From positions 1-31,072 of the forward strand of contig JAYZQJ010000042.1 of NCBI GenBank assembly GCA_036149055.1: 31,072 bases of DNA. Reading direction: 5' to 3'. The notes beneath the pieces were generated by a model. It worked only from the letters and a program-made list of their open reading frames with translations, was not told the DNA's origin and searched no databases. How positions within the stretch are numbered: the first letter of the stretch is position 1; the number at the start of each line of letters is the position of its first letter. A program made the translations under genes and the position numbers. Source of the DNA: Myxococcota bacterium. Lineage in GTDB: Bacteria; Myxococcota_A; Polyangia; Polyangiales; Sandaracinaceae. This document shows positions 24,963 through 31,072 of the stretch, piece by piece.

Positions 24963-27900
24963 ATGGACGCGGTGGACGAGGTCATGAACGCGATGGACGC
25001 CATCGGGCGAGAGCTCGACGGCGCGGAGCTGCGACCGGATCCGGCGCGCGAGGACTGGGCTTCTCAGGCGGAGCGGCTCGAGGAGACGAGGGCGAAGCTC
25101 GAGGCCGACGTGCTCGCCAAGCTGCGCGAGGCGACCGATCTGCTGGCCTCCGAGGGGCCGGTCGCGCAGCAGAACGTGCGCGACGGCGCCGCCTTCCTCG
25201 CCGCCGAGCTGGCCGCGGCGTTCCAGGCGTCGGGCGATCGCTCGACCGCGGGGACGCTGCTCGTGAAGGCGCTGCGCGCGGGTCCGTCGGGCGCGCCGCT
25301 CGCGGAGCTGGAGGCGGCGAGCAAGGAGCCGGACGCCTGGGTGAGCCTCGCGCTCGGGCGCTGGCATCACCGCCGAGGCGACTTCTCGGCCGGCGACGCG
25401 GTGCTGAAGGCCGGCAAGCGCGCGGCCCAAGATCGCTCGCTGCGCGCGTCGTTCGATCGGAGCCTGAACGGCCCGCGCCCGATGACCGGCGGGGCGCCGT
25501 CGCTCTTCACCTTCAACGGCATCGGCACGATGCTCTACGGCGCGCGCGACCGGCGGGACGACGGCTCCCACGTCGCCACGCTCTTCCTCTGCCTGATCTA
25601 CATCCCGGTGCTGGCGCTGAGCGCGTACCGGGTCGTCGATCACGGCAACGGCTCGTACACGTTCTTCACCAAGGAGCGCCTCAGCGGCGCGACGAAGGGC
25701 TGGAACTGGGCGATCGCGAGCGCGCTGGTGCTCGCCATCGGGTGGGGCGTCACCAGCTCCTACCTCGGGTCGCCCGGCCGCCTCGCCCGCGTTGCGCTGG
25801 AGGAGGCGGAGCAGGTCGAGGAGCGCGGCGACCTGGAGCGGGCCGCCGAGGCCTACCAGGGCGTGGTGGACGAGCACCGCGGGGTGCAACGGACGGTGCG
25901 TGACGCGGCGACCGGCCTGATGCGCGTCCTCACCGCTCGGGTGGAGACGCCGATGACCGCGGCGCGGGCCGACGAGGGCGTGCAGCTCGTGCGTCGCTAC
26001 CGTCTCCTGCCCGATCACGCGCAGCAGGGAGAGCGGGCGACGATCCTCGCCCGGGCGCTCGGGGAGTGGTCGGAGCAGATCGGCGAGGAGGACGACGCGG
26101 CGAGGCGCGCGGCGCTGCGGCTGGCGGAGCTGGGGGCGCAGGTGGCCGGGGAGACCGAGGTCGGCGCGACGCTCCGGGCGCGGGTCTCCGCGCTGCACCT
26201 CGCGATGGCGGCGCCGCTCCGCGAGGCGTGGCCCCTCGAGGCCCTGCATCACTACGTCGCCGCGGACACCCCGGAGGCGATGCAGGCGGCCGACGCGCTC
26301 GTGCGCGAGCTCGACGCGTCGCGGCTCCCCGACGTCGCGGCCGAGGTCGCGGCGTGGGAGGCGAGCGGCGACGCGGACGAGGACGCGGTGGCCCACGTGC
26401 GAGCGCTCCGCGCGCAGCGCGAGGAGTGGGCGGGCGACGCGCGGCGGACGGACGCGCTGGCGTCGGGCGACGCCGAGGCGCTGGCGCTGCTCCACGGGGA
26501 GCGCCCGGACGATCAGGAGGTCGGCGCGGCGCTCGCGGAGGCCCGGCGCGGCGCGGGCCAGACCGACGAGGCGCTCGCGATCCTGATGGCGTACGGGCCG
26601 CCGGGCCGGCTCTGCGGGGAGGCGCAGCGGACGCTCGCGAGCTGCTACGCCGACCAGGGCGAGCTGGAGCGGGCGGCCGGCCTGCTGTCGAGGCAGGTGG
26701 AGCTCCGGCTGCCCGGCTTCCAGGAGGCGCAGCTCGCCTACGACTCGGCGTCGCAAGCGCGGGTCGACGCGCTCGTGGAGCGCGCCCGGGCGGGCCGCGA
26801 CATGGAGCTCAACCGGCGCCTCGAGAACGTGTTCGACGACGCGCGGGGGCGGGAGATCTTCGACGCCTGGCTCCGCGAGCGGATCGAGGGCGACGCCGAG
26901 CTGACCACGCTGCACGAGGCCTACCTCGCGCGCTCGAGCGTGGTCCCCATGGTGCTCTCGCTCGGGACGCTCCAGCTCCGCCGCGCCCGCGAGGTCAGCG
27001 GCGAGGCGCGCGAGGCGCTGCTCGCCGACGCCGAGCGGCTGTTCCTCGCCATCCGGCAGGAGGCGGCCGGGGTGCCGAGCTATCACCTCTCGCTCGGGCA
27101 GGTCTATCACCGCCTCGGTCGCACCGCGGAGGGCGACGCCGAGCTCACGGGCCTGCTCGAGTCGGGCGACCTCGGCCTCGCGCTCCAGGTGGGGCACGTG
27201 TACCGGAACCTCGGGCTCGTCGAGCGGGCGCGCGAGGTCGCCGAGGACGTGCACGCCCGCGGCGCCGGGAGCGCGGCGACCCAGGACGTGGCCGGCGCGG
27301 CCGCGCACCTGATGGCGCTCATGGCCACCACCCTCGAGGATCGCGAGACCTGGCTCCGCCGCGCGCCGCAGGAGCTGCCCGAGGTCGAGACCGCGCTCCT
27401 CGAGGTGCGCGCCGAGCGGGCGCTGCAGGCCCGGGAGCTGCGCGAGGCCGACGCGCTCTTCGCCCAGGTGGCGCAGCGCTACGCGTCCGCGGGCGACAAC
27501 GACGCCGCCTCCCAGAACAACGCCGCGCTCGCCGACCAGCAGCGCTACCGGTGCACTGGCGATCCCGCGCACCTCGTGCGGGCGGGCGAGCGCATGGAGC
27601 GCGGCCTCCGGCTGATGCCCGACGACGCGCTGATGGTGGGCAACCTCGCCGCGATGGAGAGCTACCGCGGCGACCTCGCGGTGCTGGACGGCTTCGTGCG
27701 CACGTCGATCCTCCGACTGGACTCGGCGCAGACGGGGCAGCTCCTCGGGTGGCTCTCGCTCGGGCCGCAGCGCGACGCGGCGCGGGAGGCGCTGCGGACC
27801 GGGGCCCACTCGCGCCGGGCGCGGGAGCTCACCCGTCAGGAGCAGGTGCTCGCTCCGCAGCGCGCGCGCGCCTGGGTGCGGGAGTGGCAGTGGGCGGCGG

Positions 27901-28625
27901 AGGAGGACGACGTGGACGCGCTCCGGGCGCTGCTGGCGCGCCTGCGCGAGGTCGACAACCTCGACACGTCGCGGCAGGTCGAGGCCCGCACCCGGGAGCT
28001 GACCGCCGAGCAGGAGGCGCGCCTCGAGGCCGAGCGCGACGCGGCCGTGGCCGACGCGGAGGCGCTCGTCGCCGACGCCCGTCGCGCCCGTCATCCGGCG
28101 ACCCTCTCCGCCGCGCTGCACCTGCACGCGGTCGCGCTGGTGGCGCGCGCCTGGGAGAGCGCGAGCGTGGAGGACGCACGGGCGGGCGTCGCCGCGGCGC
28201 GCGAGGGAGCGGCGACGTGGGACGGCTTCGGCGCGGGCGAGCTGCCCTGGGCGCTCCGGACGCTGGCCGCGCTCGAGGTCATGAGCGCGCAGCCCGCGCT
28301 CCGGGCCGCCTACGACGCGCGCGGTCCCGCCGACCGGCTCGACGGCGTGATGGAGCAGGCCGCCGAGCGCGACGCGGCGGTCGCCGCCGCCCTCCGTGAG
28401 AGCGCCACGCTCGACGAGGCCTGCGCGCTGCGCGCCGCCGCCCCGCCGAGCGACCTCGGGCTCGCCGACGTGACCATGGCCCAGCTCGCCGGTCACGACG
28501 GCCTCGGCGCCGCCGCCCGCGTCGTCACCACCCGCCCCCGCGCCCCGGTCGAGCTCGACATCTGGGCCCAGGTCGATCCCGACAACCCCGAGATCCCCCG
28601 GCGCCGCGCGCTGCTCGGGGGCTGA
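24963..28625 (+). CDS. Large (1220 aa) membrane-anchored TPR-like/alpha-solenoid protein
   Basis: SD GGGAGG before ATG 24963. Motif APSLFTFNGIGTMLYG...ATLFLCLIYIPVLALSAYRV, a TM helix near 25700-25760, and many TPR-like helices (LASCYADQGELERA, LGQVYHRLGRTAEG). Confidence 0.82.
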   Translation: MDAVDEVMNAMDAIGRELDGAELRPDPAREDWASQAERLEETRAKLEADVLAKLREATDLLASEGPVAQQNVRDGAAFLAAELAAAFQASGDRSTAGTLLVKALRAGPSGAPLAELEAASKEPDAWVSLALGRWHHRRGDFSAGDAVLKAGKRAAQDRSLRASFDRSLNGPRPMTGGAPSLFTFNGIGTMLYGARDRRDDGSHVATLFLCLIYIPVLALSAYRVVDHGNGSYTFFTKERLSGATKGWNWAIASALVLAIGWGVTSSYLGSPGRLARVALEEAEQVEERGDLERAAEAYQGVVDEHRGVQRTVRDAATGLMRVLTARVETPMTAARADEGVQLVRRYRLLPDHAQQGERATILARALGEWSEQIGEEDDAARRAALRLAELGAQVAGETEVGATLRARVSALHLAMAAPLREAWPLEALHHYVAADTPEAMQAADALVRELDASRLPDVAAEVAAWEASGDADEDAVAHVRALRAQREEWAGDARRTDALASGDAEALALLHGERPDDQEVGAALAEARRGAGQTDEALAILMAYGPPGRLCGEAQRTLASCYADQGELERAAGLLSRQVELRLPGFQEAQLAYDSASQARVDALVERARAGRDMELNRRLENVFDDARGREIFDAWLRERIEGDAELTTLHEAYLARSSVVPMVLSLGTLQLRRAREVSGEAREALLADAERLFLAIRQEAAGVPSYHLSLGQVYHRLGRTAEGDAELTGLLESGDLGLALQVGHVYRNLGLVERAREVAEDVHARGAGSAATQDVAGAAAHLMALMATTLEDRETWLRRAPQELPEVETALLEVRAERALQARELREADALFAQVAQRYASAGDNDAASQNNAALADQQRYRCTGDPAHLVRAGERMERGLRLMPDDALMVGNLAAMESYRGDLAVLDGFVRTSILRLDSAQTGQLLGWLSLGPQRDAAREALRTGAHSRRARELTRQEQVLAPQRARAWVREWQWAAEEDDVDALRALLARLREVDNLDTSRQVEARTRELTAEQEARLEAERDAAVADAEALVADARRARHPATLSAALHLHAVALVARAWESASVEDARAGVAAAREGAATWDGFGAGELPWALRTLAALEVMSAQPALRAAYDARGPADRLDGVMEQAAERDAAVAAALRESATLDEACALRAAAPPSDLGLADVTMAQLAGHDGLGAAARVVTTRPRAPVELDIWAQVDPDNPEIPRRRALLGG

Positions 28626-28690
28626 CCGACGGCGTCGACGCGCGTAACGCGCGCTGCTTCCGTGCGCTCCCATGGGGGAAGGGAGCGCAG

Positions 28691-29365
28691 ATGTCTCGAG
28701 CCCGCCTGGACGACCCTCATCGAGAGGTGCGCGCGCTCGCCACCGCGATCGAGGGGCTGAAGCTGGAAGCGCAGACGCGCGCGTTCGCGCGCCGGAGCCT
28801 CGACGGGGCCGCGGGCGCGCGCCGCGACGACGCCATGCAGATCGCCACCGCCGCGGGCCTGGAGATGGCGCTGCTGCTGCGTCAGCGCCGGCTGCTCCAG
28901 CGCGCCGACGAGCTGAGATCATGGGCCTGGGATCACCCCGAGCTCGAGCGCGAGAACTACTACCGGGCCCGCGAGGCGATCTCGGGGTGGCCGTCGCGGC
29001 GGGCGCTTCTGGCGGATCTGCTGGCGGGAGAGCGCCGCGCCATCGAGCACCTGGAGCTCGCCGACGCCGCCGGTCAGGCGCGAGCGCTGACGCTCGGCTT
29101 CGGCCTCGTCGCGCTCGTGGCCGCCTACTTCGCGGTGCTCGACCGGGATCCCGCGGCCGCGCTGCTCACCCCGGTCGCCGCCGGCCTCGCGACCTTCGCG
29201 CTTCGTCGCGCCATGCCCCGCTACGCGTCCGCCGCCCGCGGAGGGAGCGAGACCTGGCGTGCGCGGCTCGACGCCGCGTTCCTCGCCGGCGCCGAGGGCG
29301 CTGAGGCCAGCCGGGACGTCGACGCCTGGCTGGCGGAGGTCGAGCCCGCGTTCGCCGTGGCCTGA
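28691..29365 (+). CDS. Hypothetical membrane protein (2 TM)
   Basis: 224 aa, SD GGGAG, two hydrophobic segments. Confidence 0.7.
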   Translation: MSRARLDDPHREVRALATAIEGLKLEAQTRAFARRSLDGAAGARRDDAMQIATAAGLEMALLLRQRRLLQRADELRSWAWDHPELERENYYRAREAISGWPSRRALLADLLAGERRAIEHLELADAAGQARALTLGFGLVALVAAYFAVLDRDPAAALLTPVAAGLATFALRRAMPRYASAARGGSETWRARLDAAFLAGAEGAEASRDVDAWLAEVEPAFAVA

Positions 29366-29369
29366 AGCG

Positions 29370-30674
29370 TCACTCGTCGTTCGGCTCGCTCGCGCCGGCC
29401 TCCGCCGCGGCTCGGCGGGCCGCGGCCTCTCGCAGCTTGTCTTTCTTGCTCTTGCGCTTGCCCTTGATGCCGCCGGTGCCGTGGGAGCGTGTCACCTGCA
29501 CCTCCTCTTCTTCCGGCTCGAACCCGGGCACGTGCTCGCGGGGGAGGCGGCGGCGTTCGCGGCGCTCGATCAGCCGGAAGTGGGCTCGCATGTCGGCGGT
29601 GACGAAGCTGACCGCGACGCCCGCTCGATCGCGCCCGGTGCGACCCACGCGATGTCGGTAGTCGTCGGGCGAGCGGGGCAGGTCGTAGCTCACGACCATG
29701 TCGAGGCCCTCGACGTGCAAGCCGCGGGCGGCGACGTCGGTGGCCACCAGGACCCGCACCTCGCCCCGCCGCAGCGCCTCGAGGGCCCGGGTGCGCGCGC
29801 CCTGGCTCAGCTTTCCGTGGAGCGCCATCGCGGCGACCCCACGATCGGTCAGCTTGCGGGCGACGTGCCCGGTCGAGTACGTGGTCGCGACGAACACCAG
29901 CACGCGCTGGGCGTCGCTCTCCTCGAGCAGGTGCCGGAGGAGCGGCGTGCGCTTCGGCGTGTCCACCTCGATCACCCGCTCGACGAGCTCGGGAGCGTCC
30001 TCCTCGCTCGTCACCGTCACGACCCGGGCCGACGCGCGGAGCGTGGCGCGCGCGAGCGCCTCGACCTCGGGCGGGAAGGTCGCCGACAGGAGCAGGGTCT
30101 GGCGATCCTCGGGGACCGCGGCCACCACGCGCGTCAGCTCGTCCTCGAAGCCCGCGCGGAGGAGGCGGTCGGCCTCGTCGAGCACCAGCGTCGAGACGCG
30201 CGAGAGCGAGAGCGCGTTCTTCGAGACGAGATCGAGCAGCCGGCCGGGGGTGGCGACGACGAGGTCCGCGCCTCCGCGCAGGGCGAGCATCTGAGGGTTG
30301 ATCGAGACCCCTCCGAAGACGACCTGGGTCACGGGCGGCGACGGCAGGCGAGCGCCGAGGGAGGTGATCTCCTCTCCGATCTGCGACGCCAGCTCCCGCG
30401 TCGGGCAGAGGATGAGCCCCTCCACCGCGCGGCGCCCTCGCCCATCCCGCCGGGGGTCGCGGGCCGCGTGGGCCTCGAGCAACGGCAGCACGTAGGCGGC
30501 GGTCTTGCCGGAGCCGGTGGGGGCGCTCGCCCACACGTCCTCGTTCGCGAGCGCGGCCGGGATCACCGCCGCCTGCACGCGGGTGGGGCGGGTGAAGCCC
30601 CGTTTCCGGATCGCGGCCCGCAGCGCCTCGGAGAGCCCGAGCGAGGCGAAAGATGGATCGGAGGACGGCGGCAC
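29370..30674 (-). CDS. DEAD-box RNA helicase (RhlE-like)
   Basis: Q motif, APTGSGKT, PTRELA, TPGRLLD, DEAD, SAT, ATDVAARGL, HRVGRTGR and a basic tail KGKRKSKKDK. Confidence 0.95.
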   Translation of the reverse strand: MPPSSDPSFASLGLSEALRAAIRKRGFTRPTRVQAAVIPAALANEDVWASAPTGSGKTAAYVLPLLEAHAARDPRRDGRGRRAVEGLILCPTRELASQIGEEITSLGARLPSPPVTQVVFGGVSINPQMLALRGGADLVVATPGRLLDLVSKNALSLSRVSTLVLDEADRLLRAGFEDELTRVVAAVPEDRQTLLLSATFPPEVEALARATLRASARVVTVTSEEDAPELVERVIEVDTPKRTPLLRHLLEESDAQRVLVFVATTYSTGHVARKLTDRGVAAMALHGKLSQGARTRALEALRRGEVRVLVATDVAARGLHVEGLDMVVSYDLPRSPDDYRHRVGRTGRDRAGVAVSFVTADMRAHFRLIERRERRRLPREHVPGFEPEEEEVQVTRSHGTGGIKGKRKSKKDKLREAAARRAAAEAGASEPNDE

Positions 30675-30839
30675 CGCGAGGGCTTAGTCACCCGGCGGCT
30701 GGCTGTCACGGAGCCCTCCCCTGGCGAGCGTCCCGGCGCGCGGAGGCGGGGGCGCGAGCGACGCTCCCGTCATTTCAGAAGTGGGGTCCGGTCACCCCGG
30801 GTGAAAGAGCGAAGCCGCCTCTGCGCCCCGATCCGCCGC

Positions 30840-30854
30840 TGGCACGCAGGCTGC
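30840..30854 (+). promoter_or_regulatory. Putative sigma54 (-24/-12) promoter
   Basis: TGGCACG-CAGG-CTGC gives exact GG-N10-GC spacing against consensus TGGCACG-N4-TTGC, in an intergenic region. Confidence 0.5.
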
Positions 30855-30868
30855 GTGGATCTCGCGGC

Positions 30869-30949
30869 GTGGAAAACGCACAAGACTCCATGGCCTGGCT
30901 CCTGGGCGGCCTGATCGCCGTCTGCGCCGCCGTCACGGCCCTGCTCTAG
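30869..30949 (+). CDS. Putative small hydrophobic peptide (26 aa from GTG 30869 or 19 aa from ATG 30890)
   Basis: (VENAQDS)MAWLLGGLIAVCAAVTALL*. All codons of the hydrophobic part end in G/C, and it sits directly behind the sigma54-like motif. Confidence 0.4.
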   Translation: MENAQDSMAWLLGGLIAVCAAVTALL

Positions 30950-31072
30950 AGCGGCAATCAGTTTGAAACCACCGGCGCTGCGGGGCGGGACCGCGGCCAG
31001 GCGCGCCCGGTCGCTCCTCGACGATGCCCTAGCATCGCCTCGTCCCGCCCGAGCACGCCTGACCGCCCTCGC

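Noticed and set aside
28643..28668. CGTAAC-N16-CGCT as a SigF-type ECF promoter
   Set aside because: The -10 element does not match CGAA/CGTA, and the motif is also explained by the palindrome GCGCGT-A-ACGCGC.
24939..28922. 1327-aa minus-strand ORF and similar long Arg/Pro/Gly-rich ORFs throughout (e.g. 10789..13593, 16513..18891, 26066..28399)
   Set aside because: These are stop-poor shadow frames expected at very high GC. They have no recognisable motifs and each overlaps a well-supported gene.
30961..30969. GTTTGAAAC resembling a CRISPR repeat end
   Set aside because: It is a single occurrence, with no repeat-spacer periodicity and no cas genes in the window.

Overview
Very GC-rich bacterial DNA (roughly 75% by eye). 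Its gene content and style (Hanks kinases, many lipoproteins with DAG/Pro-rich linkers, ECF sigma/anti-sigma) suggest a myxobacterium, perhaps Sandaracinaceae/Polyangia-like; this is inference. About 26 real CDSs are present, and most long ORFs in the track are GC shadow frames. Recognisable genes: two Ser/Thr kinases (RDD and FGE-like fusions), a lipoprotein dikinase-like protein, LOG, USP, a divergent GST, a HEXXH protein, an arrestin-fold protein, yajQ-ECF sigma-NrsF-like anti-sigma, an M20 hydrolase, an SRPBCC protein, DUF4034, DUF5996, a large TPR-like membrane protein and a DEAD-box helicase. The strongest signal missing from the ORF track is at the left edge: the 5' end of a group II intron (minus strand, starting GTGCG at 280). 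It is inserted 6 nt downstream of a strand-specific ~20-bp REP-like hairpin and shows a visible EBS1-IBS1 match. Other highlights are a probable M20 pseudo-enzyme, an ECF promoter dedicated to the anti-sigma gene, a HEXXH + HvfC/BufC-like fusion, a GWD-like domain order in the exported dikinase, widespread leaderless-type promoters and a sigma54-type promoter in front of a tiny hydrophobic ORF.
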